Below, in pieces: positions 39,670-52,269 of a DNA stretch of 64,000 nucleotides; positions within the stretch are counted from its first letter, which is position 1, and every line of letters starts with the position of its first letter. The notes under the pieces were generated by a model. It saw nothing but the letters and a program-made list of their open reading frames with translations. It did no database searches and was not told the origin of the DNA. Origin of the DNA: Antedon mediterranea (taxonomy: Eukaryota; Animalia; Echinodermata); NCBI RefSeq assembly GCF_964355755.1, contig NC_092674.1, forward strand, positions 10,726,001 to 10,790,000, read 5' to 3'. A program made the position numbers and the translations under genes.

Positions 39670-42100
39670 TATTAGAATATCGCGCTCGTGATTTGTGGTT
39701 AAATCGGCTCAGCCCATAACTGTGATGTGCACCAAATTTAGTATAAATTTTCATTAGTAGTTACATTTTTCTTGTTTAATAAATCAAAATTGTCAAACAA
39801 ATATTTTATCTGTAATTTTCCACATCTAATAAATTGCAGTAGAAATAAATAAGTAAAATACTTTTTTAATAATTGTCTGTGTATATTGATACCTATCAGT
39901 CAATTAAAAAAGTGAACACGTTAAAATCAAAACATCATTACAAATGATGAGCGTCTGACTGATATTAAACATAAAAATAACTCCAAGAAGAAATATGCGT
40001 GAAAAAATGAATAAATGTCTGATTTTATATAAAACAGATGCTATAATAAATCATAGTAAACTCCTCAACAAAATGCAATTGGAAGAAATAGTCTACAAAC
40101 CTGTACAGGTACATTGCATACTTTACGATAAAACCTCTCGATAATTTGCATCAGCACATGATAACTGATGCGTTTTGTTTTTAACTGTTGAAATTGATAC
40201 AATATTTTTCAAATAAGAATGTTTAAAATGTTGCACATGTTTAATGTAAAATTTGACAATTTTATAACTTTCTGATTTAAAAATACTATTATAATTTATA
40301 ACTGAAATCAATACAGTACATGAAATCTTTGTATAGTTGGCATTTTTGTAATGTTGTGATATTAAAATAAAACTAACAATTAGCTTAATCAAAGCTTTTA
40401 CGATATAAAGGTATGACTGTAAATTATAAGGTGTAGAGATTTTATTTTTTTTATTAATATACAGCGGATTGATTGTGTTCAATGTAAGGAATACATTCCA
40501 CTGTTATTCATAAGATGGTCAAGTATTGCCAAATATGATTGCCAGAAAAAAGAAAAAAAAAAAAAAAAATCAAAGATAACTAGACATGAAACTCGTCACT
40601 TTGACGAGTTAGTTATCCGCACCACGACAAACGCCACGTGCACGTCATACGTTGGAATATTGCACACAGATAAAGATTATGGCATTATGACAAGAACTGA
40701 AGAATATGATATGCTGTTAGTGCTGAATTCTGTCAATTTTGTGTCATATAGTATATACATGCAAACAGTATAATCTGTATACATATTACATACAGTGTAG
40801 AATAGGTGAAATTACGGGACCCGCCATTTATTCCAATTTTTAACATGGCGACGGTATCAAAATGAAACACTTAGATAGCAATTTCAGAAGGAAATTATCT
40901 TAGGAACAACATATTAACGTGTAGAAGAAATTTGAATACGTAAAATATAGATGCGCACCCTTTTAAATGTGATGAACTATTACGCAAAATATAAAAATAC
41001 AACTTTTTTTATTCAACTGGCCATATGATGACGTCACAACATCCGATTGGCAAAATGTTTACATGAATTCGTATCTACAATCCAATTGCTTCCAGAAAAC
41101 GTTTTAATCGTGATTATCACATTTTATTCTTACGAGCTATTACAGAATAAAATTTACTGTAAAGATGAAATTAATGACCCACGTAATTAAAATTTTTAGG
41201 CATGATGACGTCATAAAAATTAAAATATTTTTATCTCATGCTAAAGAAAGTTGATTGACCTACACAATGTATAAATGTAGGAGAAAAAGGAAAACAGATA
41301 AGCGTGATGCGCTCCATTGAATGTGATGAGCAATAACGAAAGAGACAAAAATCCTATATTTTACATTCGTGTGGCCATACGATGACGTCACAATGTTTTT
41401 TTAGCCTTATCGATGCATGATCCGATATCTACAACTCATCAACTTCTAGATTTTGTAATAAAAATAAACGGTTCACGGTTTACTTTAGAAACTATGACTG
41501 TTTAAAAAAAGACAAAATTTTGACGATTTTTTAAGCTTTTTCATAAAAAACGCGCATGAAATGTTTAATTCAACGTGTTCGTGTGGCGTTATTTAAATTG
41601 GAAAAGGTCTAAATTGTTTTCAAAATTACTAGGAAAGACTTGAAAAATATAATTCAAGAAAAAAAAAATGTTTTTAACGCTACGTGCGCACCGCGTGCGT
41701 AAAAAATTGCGCGCCCGTGGGAATTTTTGACATGCTCAAAATGACAAGAAACGCATAAAAAGTTGATTAGAAATTAATTTTGCGCATTTTGAAATTTTAA
41801 ATGCGCGTGCGTGCGTAACTTCTTGTGAAACATGCCATTTCTAATCCGTAGAAAGTTTGCCCCTGATATGACTTAAATTTTGTCAAAGTGTCAATACTAA
41901 ATGACTTTTGGTTTTTAATCTATGATCAATCATTGAAATTCATAAAATTGCGCGTAAGTCACGTTGCGCAACTATGACGTCATTCAAAAATAGGAGGTGC
42001 ACAACTTCACGTAAATGCCCATATGTTGTCAAAGTTATGAAATGTTATGTTTACACATTTTAGAGAAACGCGATCCACAAAAAGGAAGGATGGAAAGAAG

Positions 42101-45100
42101 AACTAGACATGAAACTCGTCACTTTGACGAGTTAGTTATCCGCTCGACAAACGCCACGCGCACGTCATACGTTAGAATATTGCACACAGAAAAATATTAA
42201 GGCATTATGACCTGAACTGAAGAATATGATATGCTGTTAGTGCTGAATTCTGTCAATTTTGTGTCATATAGTATATACATGCAAACAGTATAATCTGTAT
42301 ACATATTACATACAGTGTAGAATAGGTGAAATTACGGGACCCGCCATTTATTCCAATTTTTAACATGGCGACGGTATCAAAATGAAACACTTAGATAGCA
42401 ATTTCAGAAGGAAATTATCTCAGGAACAACATATTAACGTGTAGAAGAAATTTGAATACGTAAAATATAGATGCGCGCCCTTTTAAATGTGATGAACTAT
42501 TACGCAAAATATGAAAATACGTCTTTTTTTATTCAACTGGCCATATGATGACGTCCCAACATCCGATTGGCAAAATGTTTACATGAATTCGTATCTACAA
42601 TCCAATAGCTTCCAGAAAACGTTTTAATCGTGATTATCACATTTTATTCTGATGAGCTATAACAGATTAAAATTTACTGTAAAGATAAATATAAGTGACC
42701 CACGTTATTTATATTTTTAGACATTATGACGTCATAAAAATAAAAAAATGTTTACTCTTGCGTAAGATAGTTGATTGACCTAGAAAATTTCAAAATCTGG
42801 GTTAAAATGGAATACGGATAAGTGGAGAGGCGCTCTATTAAATGAGATGCGCTATGACGAAAGATACAAAAATCCTATATTTTATATTCGCGTGGCCATA
42901 CGATGACGTCACAATGTCCGGTTTGCCATATCAATGCATGATTCCTTATCTACAACTTATCATCTTCCTGGATATGTAATTTAAACAAAGTTCACCTCGT
43001 AGTTTAGAATCTATGATTGTTTAAAAAAAGGTATAATTTTGACAAATGTTTGAACTTTTTCCTCAAAAACGCACATAAATTATCCAATTCGACGTGCCCG
43101 TATGACGTAATTTGAAGTCGAAATTGTTTCAAAGTTGGTAAAATTACTATAAAAGGCTTGAAAACATAAATCACGAGAGAAAAATGGTTTTCAACGCTAC
43201 GTTCGCACCGCGCGCGTAAAAAAAAGCGCGCGCGTGGGAATTTTTTACATGCTTAAAATGACATGAAACACGTAGAAAGTTGATTAGAAATTGATTTTTC
43301 GCATTTTGAATTTTAAATTAGCGTGCGCGCGTAACTTTGTGTAAAACACGCAATTTTTTATCCACAGAAAGTTAGCGCATGATATAAATTAAACTTTTGC
43401 TAAGTTTCAACTTAAATTGTTATATGGTTTTAAATCTATGTTAAATACGCGAAATTCATAAAATTGTGCGTAAGTCACGTTGCGCATTTCTGACGTCATT
43501 CACAATAGGAGGTGCACAACTTCACGTGAATGCCCATATGTTGACAAAGTTATGAAATGTTATGTTTACACGTTTTTTAGATACGCGAGACACAAAAATA
43601 GAGGAGAAATGCGCGTGCGCGCGTAACGTCTTGTAAAACATGCCATTTTTAATCCACAAAAAGTTTTCCCTTGATGTGACTTAAATTTTCACAAAGTGTC
43701 AAAACAAATTTATGCTTGGTTTTTAGTCTATGATCAATCATAAAAAATCATAAAATCGCACGTAAGTCACGTTGCGCAACTCTGACGTCATTCAAAAATA
43801 GGAGGTGCACAACTTCACGTAAATGCCCATATGTTGACAAAGTAATGAAATGTTATGTTTACAAGTTTTTGAGATACGCGAGACACAAAAATGAGGGAGA
43901 AAGAAATAAGAAAAAACTAGATTTGAACTCGTCACTACGGACGAGTTAGGTTATCCGCGGCGCAAAAGCCACGCGCATGACACCTAAGTTAGAATATTGC
44001 GCGCAGAAAAACGATTATACCATTGAAAAAATGTTAGTGAGCCCTCTATTTTGCGTCGCGTCTAAGTGTGCACGGTATACACTATATACTGTATACGTAC
44101 TACATAAAGTGCAGAATAGGTGAAAATAAGTGACCAAAGTTGTTGACGATTTTGCAAATGATGACGTTATAACAGTCTTAAAAATTGTTAACCATGCGAA
44201 AGATAATTGATTGACCTAGACAATATAAAAAAATTGAGGGAAATGGAATACGGATAAGTAGAGATGCGCTCTATTAAATGTGACCAGCTATGACGAAAGA
44301 GAAAAAACTCCTATATTTTATATTCGAGTGGCCATACGATGACGTCATAATGCTTGGTTAGCCATATTAATGCATGATTCGATAAAAACAACTCATCTAC
44401 TTCCAGAATATGTAATTTAAAAAAAGTTCACCGCGTAGTTTAGAATTTATGACTGTTTAAAAAAAGGCATAATTTTGACGAATTTCTGAACTTTTTTTTA
44501 AAAATGCGCGCAAATTGTCAAATTTTAAGTGCTCGTATGAGGTGATATTAAGTCGAAATTGTATAAAAATTGGTAAAATTACTAGAAAATACTGGAAAAA
44601 CAAAAATCAAGCAAAAAAAAATTGTTTTTGCGCTACGTGCGCACGCGCGCGTAAAAAAAGTGCGCATGCCTGGCAATTTTTGAAATGCTCAAAATGACAT
44701 GAAACGCGTAGAAAGTTGATTAGAAGTTGATTTTTTGCATTTTGAAATTTTAAACGTGCGTGCGCACGTAACTTTTAGCGCAATCTGCCATTTTTAATCC
44801 ATAGAAAGTTTGCGCTTGATATGACTTAAATTTTCACCAAGTTTCAATACAAAATGACTTTTGGTTTTTAATCTATGATCAATCATTGAAATTCATAAAA
44901 TTGCGCGTAACTTACGCTGCGCGACTCAAAATTCATAAAAAAAAGTTTCTTGCACATCTACAGCAACAGGGCAATATTTTTCCAAAGTTATACAATCATA
45001 TGTTGGCCAGAATTAGAGATAGGCTGCGAACAAAATTCGTGGAAAGAAAGAAGAATAAAGAAAAAAAAAAAAAAAAAAAAAAAGATCCTTACAATAACAA

Positions 45101-45190
45101 GGGGTTATCCGCCAAGTGCGGATAACCAAAAAAAAAAAAAGTAACAGGACGATTACAAGCAGTTATCCGCTACTAAGCGGATAACTAATA
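42101..45190 (-). mobile_element. Helentron/HINE-like element B, nested in A (body 42101-43914, head about 45131-45190)
   Basis: Same aactag/hairpin/agttatccgc end at 42101. Head agttatccgc-tactaa-gcggataact at 45161-45186. Internal duplication of about 300 bp. Confidence 0.75.
43915..45130 (-). mobile_element. Helentron/HINE-like element C, nested in B (intact, about 1.2 kb)
   Basis: aactag, hairpin aactcgtc-actacg-gacgagtt, subTIR ggttatccgc. Matching head ggttatccgc-caagt-gcggataacc at 45103-45127. Confidence 0.8.
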
Positions 45191-46152
45191 ATACAGAAAA
45201 AAAATGTTGATCTCATACAATAACAAGGAGTTATCCGCTTGGTATACCAAGCGGATAACTAATAATGACAAATCATATAATATATCTATATAAAATAAAT
45301 CTTGGTTTTCTCGTACTCACAGATTTTCTCACCTTTATAATTTCTAATTTAATTAATTAATTAATTTTCAGTATATCACAAAGACAGTTTTCTAATTTCT
45401 TCTGTGCGGTGCCTGTAAAATTTATATAGATCCTAGCTATTTCAAATAAAGTTTGAACAGACTATTGTATACTGTGTTGAGACGTGTCAATCATAAGAAG
45501 CATCATTTAGATTACACACGTTTAAAAATACTCTAGTGGCGATGATGATATCAAACTTGTAAACCATGTTTAAGTTACACAGTAAAATGTTAATTTGCAG
45601 CCACTGGCGATGATATGGTAATGCTACTCTGGATGGCCTACAACCAGAAAGAGGCCAAATGTTAATGTAATATGGCCTGTAACCTAAAAGAGTAATATGT
45701 TAATTCGATATGGCCTATAGCCACATTGAATCAATGTTACGGCCTGTAGTTACACTGAACAAAATGTTAATTTCACGTGGCTAGCGGCTTTGTCTAAATT
45801 TAAGCAAGATCGCATGCAAAATGTAAATAAAGAAGCAACCATGTAAAGGTTTCAAATATTGAGAATCAAATGCCAAATCAGTTGAAAGGAATTTATCTAT
45901 TGATTTTTGTGCTTGTAATCCATTTACGTTCTTTTAGTTTAATTGACTTGTTTCGACACAAACCCCGCCGTAGGGACTCAAGTTGTTTATGTTACTGCAG
46001 TATAGTAAAGCACTATTAAAAAAGTGTTTCTGCGGTTTGTGAGGCCAAAAGTGGTATTAATTAGAATAATGCTTTATTTTTTTATTCTAGAACTAACCAA
46101 ATCTGACCTTATTTAACCTGGTTGCTTTATGTCAATACGGTAAGTGCTTCTG

Positions 46153-46771
46153 ATTCCCTACGTTTTTTAGATCTAATTTAAGATCACAAACTATATTTAA
46201 TGTAAAAATAATACTATATGGTCCTATTGCGATAACTTTTTTCGTCTTTAAACGGTTAAAAATGTGAAAATAAATCGATTCTAATAATTATAGCGGCCCG
46301 CTATAAATCCCAAAATGCATTGCGCGCGGATTGATAATTTTGTTTTTCACCTGTAATTCGCTCACTTTTCGATCGATCGTGAAGCCAAAACAAATGGAAG
46401 ACTCCTAACTTTTCAGCGAAAATACCGGGTTTTCCCCAATTTGTATCAACGGAGTCTGGCAAAAATAGAAAGACAATTAATGCAGCAACTATACAACGTC
46501 AGGCTAGGTATATAGCTAGCGTACGATGTTCGTACGTTATCGATGTTTACCAGCTAGGCCTACAAAACTAAGCCTAGCTAGGCTAGGCCTAAGACCGTCC
46601 ACGAGAGGTCGATCGCCGCGAGCTACTTAGGTAGTGCATTGTTTCTCACTTTTTATCATAATTTACCATAAAACGTTCATTTAAGACAAGGAATGACATG
46701 GTTTAATGTTTTTAAAGTGATATATATGTATTATTTTTCAAAAAACGTCCAAAATTGCAGGGAAGGGGTCT
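46153..46771. mobile_element. Kolobok-like element, near-identical to 30555-31180, lacking the first few bp of the left TIR
   Basis: attccctacgttttttagatc ... gcagggaaggggtct|TTAA; only scattered substitutions relative to the first copy. Confidence 0.88.
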
Positions 46772-48790
46772 TTAAGGTAATTATAATGGTAAAAAGAGAT
46801 TTCTATTTTCAATACAATAGAACACCTACACTTATGGTTTGACTGAAAGCAATATGTACGTTACTAGTCATGATGATGTTGTGTGCGAACTCTGGTCTGT
46901 ACTGCTCAATTTGATTGAAATTGGTCGATATATCAGCGGAATTTTCACTCCTCCAAATAAAAATTACAAGTGCAAATTCTGGTGACCGAGACACAACTGG
47001 GTGGGACACTTTTTTTTTTTCAGAAACCATTTTTTAGGCCGCTAAATAATTTTTGCGCAACGCTGGTTTAATGATTGTTTAAAAGTATTAGTCAAATACA
47101 AGACAAGCCGATAGTAGTGTAGTGCAAAAACTCATTTCTCAAAGTGCTGTAACCCATTTGGGCTTAATTCCGCGAATACATATTATCTCCATTCACATTC
47201 ATTATGTTCCAAGTCATTACTTTTTAGATTGACTATTAATAGGTTAACGATGACTTAAGTTAGGCAAATTGCAACAGGTAAGTGGTTGTTCTATTAGGTG
47301 ATGATTTTCAAAAAAATACGGTTGATAGATTTCAAAGAAAAAAAACCAGTTTCAACATTATAATTCAAGACTGAGAAAGTACAGTACAGTACAGTATGTG
47401 GAACATACTACATGGTCTCTCCAGTAGAAGGCACTATATGGATATCAAGGTTATAGTGCTCAAGAAATTGACACTACTATACTTCTTTAAATAATGGTTT
47501 TTGTACACTTTGTAACATTAATCAAGAGGAAACTATAAGACACTTCCAATATCTGTCCTGCTCTTACAAACATAAGATTGGAAGAGTTGGATAAGCTTGA
47601 ACATGCATTAATTAATTATAATAATATCTGGAATGAATTTTCAAACTCAACTATCAATAATAAACTGTATTATGTTTTAGGATCAACAGCTATTCCTCTA
47701 CCTAATGAAGTAGAGCAGATTTTTTAAATTAAGCATGTTCAATCTTTATAGTAGATTAAGATCTGTATTACTGAATATTACCAGTTAATTTAAGTTTTAA
47801 ATTGTTATTTTGTTGGAGACTTTAGTTAATGTTTATGAATTTTTTTTTTTACATATTTGTTTAGTTAAGTTTGTGAATTTGTAACTTTTACTTAAGAACA
47901 CACCAATTGTCATTGATTGAGTGCCACCGATTTGAAGGTGTAAGTTCAAATAAATAAATAAATAAATAAAATATGACATCATTAATCATGAGACACCCTT
48001 ACCTTCTTGTGAAATAAAAAAGGATCAATGATGTTTAATATATGGTAAATCAATGTTCAGGGTACATCCCTATTATTCATAGGGATTCATCCCTATGTTG
48101 TTGGGTTTCAAAGGTGTCCTTAATGGAAGGTTTATACTACTCACAGTACTACAGTAATCTTCTGCTAATTTTTGTCATTTATCGAGTTTAAATATAACTA
48201 TTGATCATAATTTAGGTTAATTATAGTTACATATAAATACACTATGTGCATAAAATAGAATAATGATGATTAAACAGTTAATTAATCAGTAAGTATATGG
48301 GCTGAATCAATTGATAGTAAAACTTTTTTATTTGCCTGCTATGCCTCAGTGCTTTTATTCATATTCAATGATTTTAATTTGTATCCGGGGAATCATCATG
48401 TAAATAATTAAACTGGGTAATTCCCCCCTTTCTTTTCCATCATTTCTGTATATTTGTGAAGTGTAGATTGGAAATACAGATTTAATGAAAAAAAGAACAA
48501 ATACAGTATTCTTAAAATGATTAAAAAATCATAGTGCATTCTGTATCTAAACTGAAATACATTGAAATTATGGGATCGATTTGGCTGAAATATTGAAAAT
48601 AGCACAGCCCCTTGCTGGTTACTCCTGCAAGCTTTAGCAAAAAGTGGGTCCTGAACTGGCTACTATTGCATTACTTGAAGATGTTGATCAGATGTACACT
48701 TAACCCTGCAGTTTGATATTAACGACAGCACCGTAATATTTTTTATACATTGTACACTTCTCTACAGTATGTCTAAGAAAAACAACTTAC

Positions 48791-48883
48791 CTGCGTGAAA
48801 ATGCTAATAACAGCTAGTCCATTCGGTTTACTCCTCGCTGTATTATAATCTTCATACAAATTATTGAAAAACATAAGTTGCAC
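48791..48883 (-). CDS. CA10: CA10-like coding exon (VQLMFFNNLYEDYNTARSKPNGLAVISIFTQ)
   Basis: Not in the ORF track. Acceptor ctttcag|GTGCAA, donor ACGCAG|gtaagt. 93 nt, phase 0/0. Continues E|VQL and has the PNGLAV motif of alpha-CAs. Confidence 0.93.
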
Positions 48884-50599
48884 CTGAAAGATATTGATAA
48901 TATAACAATAATAATTAACAAAAACAACATTATTAATGATGTTTTAAAAATGTGTTTTCTATGTCTGCACAGTTGAATGAAACTTGGGGCCCATTTCTAT
49001 TAAGCAGAAAAGTTTTAAAACTGTATTTTGAAAGAGAATGGTATTTTTTTGGAAATAGAAATGGGTTATATAAAAAAAAAACATCTTAAATACAGTTATT
49101 AAAAAATTGATTCTGGTCTTGATCATTAAACCGGTTTTTAAAACAGTTTCATGGAGTAATAACAAATTAACATAAACAAATATAACAGAACAAATAAACA
49201 TCAGAAGGATTGATGATAGTAAGGAACACTTAAAGCTCAAAAGGGCATCATAATCAACCTATATTTCTATTTATAACAAAATCGTTAAATTTAATATTGT
49301 TTATATTGTAATATTGTTCTTTCAGAGAATTGGTACCATTTTTATCTACACGGACGTAACATCCACAGACTGCATCTTGTGTTTGGCCCGTGTACTGTAC
49401 AAGGCAGCTGATATAATAAGTCTATAATGCATACTATAAAATTCCTGTGAAAGTGCTTTTAATAGTATTATATAACACCTAAACAAATTCCTGTCATTTG
49501 ATTGGATGATTGTAGGTCACATGGCATGCAATAGTACATACTATTTAATGATCATGTAATAGTACTTCTTTTTCATAAGTTTTTCATGTACGAAAAAAAA
49601 TCTTCTCCAGTAAGAAAATGCGTGAAATCTAATAGCAGCGACCCGTACAACATGCTCTCTCCTTTACAACAAGAACAGAACAATGGAAACGACAAGAATC
49701 TATTTAGAATAGATGTAATAAAACAAATAATAAATGTTTTTATATTTGTGCGATGGTACAAATAATTTCATTTGGTGAAATATGAAATTCTGTTTTCAAC
49801 CGAGATCCGCCTTGTGAAAATATAATTTCATCTTTCACCTTTTGAAATTATTTGTAACATCGCACTCATAAGCATTCATTATTTGTATAAAAGTATACTA
49901 GATACTAAGAAATTGCCTCATTAAACAAACTATGTACACAAAAATACTAATACTAAAAAAAATGTATTGAGAGAATAATAGAAACTTGTTTAACATGTTT
50001 ATTCATTCATTTACAATTATATCAAATTGAATTTGTCTAATTTAATTTTGCCATTAGTCTAAATTTGAAATTAAAATTTGAAATTGAAATTCACACTGGT
50101 AGCCTGGGGATTCAATGAAGAGACAGGGTTTGAATATTAAAAATAAATTTACAGCATAATAACGAATTATATAAAATAATGGTTATTTTCTCACAATTTC
50201 CCATGAGATGTGTACAAGTACCCAATTGAATTATTTTTTTATAAAATATGTGTTATCCACTTTTCCTAACCCAATTGAATTATTTTTTATAAACAAATAC
50301 ATGTTACAGTAGATAACTTTCAAATAATATACATGAAACAATCCAATTTAATTAGTTTTGCCTTCCTATTAATTTATCTGTGAAACGAACCGGGGTAAAA
50401 TATGTGCAAACATAGCAAAACCCTATATTTAGGTTTCTCCTATAAGAGCACACTTCCCACGAATAGGTCACAATATTACAGTATGTTTTGACACTACGGT
50501 CAACTCAGAATAGGGTATACCCTATGAAACACTTTGTTGAGAGTCAAAGTTGTCTCCTTTATATGGGTTGTACTGGAGTCATAAATGAAGCAAACAGTT

Positions 50600-50790
50600 A
50601 ATAATAATAAAAATTCTTTTACATAGTGCTTTATGCAAGCATTTCACATATTACCCGGTCATTTTGGGATCAAACACGTATGGAAACATAGTCCCATAAT
50701 GTTGTAACCTCTAGGCAAATGTAAGTAAAGTGGCTTGTCTAAGGATACGAACAATGCGACAAGGGTGTATTCTAACTCACGATCAGTATA
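50600..50790 (-). mobile_element. Degenerate SINE, same family as 6720-6925, inverted
   Basis: attacccggtcattttgggatcaaacac...tcccataatg is the reverse complement of the 3' part of 6720-6925. An (AAT)n tail lies at about 50600. Confidence 0.5.
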
Positions 50791-52269
50791 GTCCAACGTC
50801 CAAAAGACTGAATCTGTGCATATGTTAAATATTTTCTGGTTTGGACATTTTTATTTTGACCTTGACGGAAGAAATATGTGACATCATTTCCGAAAGCTGT
50901 TAAAAATGTTTTTGTCAACATTCTAAGATCATCGCACCTTCATCGCAGAAAAATCGAAACAAACTAATCGACAAGACGGAAAAATGTGAACATGGTTCAT
51001 TAATTAATTCTCCACTCTTGCGGAATTCAAAGCTCACTAGTGCGACTTCTGTACTGTCAATCAGAGAATATTTTACCTACATCATTGTCAGGAGAGCAAG
51101 AAAATGTATATACTGTACAAAGGTTGAATCTCCATTTGAGGACATCTCTCGTAAGCGAACAAAGCCTGAACTAATCAGCTCATTTGGTTCCTTTCAAAGA
51201 ACTGTTTGTCTTAGTAATGTCTGACCTTACAATTTAGATTTTATAAAAACTTGAATAAAAATTGAAAACATTAGGCGCAGGAGCCCCGGATAGCGTTACG
51301 TTTGAAAACCCCAAAAAGTGAGGTTTTCAACCATTAGCGGCATGACTGATGTGAGTGATTAATGTGTTTTACGGACGGTTTCAAGGACTATCCTACCAGT
51401 GGGCTGTTCACTGGTCAAATGATTGACACTTTGTATCACCGTTTGTAACTGGAGCTGTGACGACCTTTGTAACTGGAGCTGTGACGACCTTGCAAGAATA
51501 CTAGGCCAGAATTTTTAATTGAAAAGTGCCTTGGTATTAACAATAACATGGAGATGGAAACAAATTTGTCTATCTTTCTTTCTAAAATAAATGGTCACTA
51601 TAGTTTCAAACTAGGCTTAGTCCACCACATTAGTAATTACGAATCGAAACCTAAATTAAAATTGTTGGTATTCTTTGGCCGTTGTTTGATTAATTACATC
51701 TTCATGCCATGTTTTTTTTTTCTCTAATGATTTGGCGATACGCTCCTATATTAATTAGGCCTACTAGCAGAGGGTTCGATGAGTTTTGAAAAGTTATGGA
51801 AATGTGGTCTAACATATAGCAATTCAGTTTTTTAAGGCCCTTCTTCCTTGTCCGAGCCTTTGGAAATATTAAAAAGTTATATTAATATAATATATTCTGT
51901 GTTTTCATGTTTTGAGAAATTGTATATCATTTCAGATGTTTCGCGCTGCGCTTTTATTTGTTTCGCGCTTCGTCTTGTTCGAGCTTCCTCCGTACATACC
52001 GATAATTAATATGATTTTTCATTTCATTTTTTGTACATCATTAACAAATAGCATACAGAACCCCATACAGAACATACCCTTCTCTGAGAAAACACTTGTG
52101 GGCGATTCCCCGAATACGACATGATGGAATAGCTTTGGAGACTTTGACTTTGGAGTAGGCCTAAATCGAAACGTCAAGCAACTCAACAGTTCTTTTCAGA
52201 ACTAATATAGGCCTACGTGGTGTACCGCAAATTTATTTCAACAAATATGTAACTTGTTTAGCACGTTTA

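Larger units (their letters stand above)
40578..45263 (-). mobile_element. Helentron/HINE-like element A (outermost; body 40578-42100, head about 45190-45263)
   Basis: Left end on +: aactag, hairpin aactcgtc-acttt-gacgagtt, then subTIR agttatccgc. Right end: 32-bp palindrome agttatccgcttggtataccaagcggataact followed by aataat. Confidence 0.75.

Noticed and set aside
40123-40482. 119-aa ORF on the minus strand
   Set aside because: Low-complexity I/K/Y/N composition typical of AT-rich chance ORFs, with no recognisable motif.
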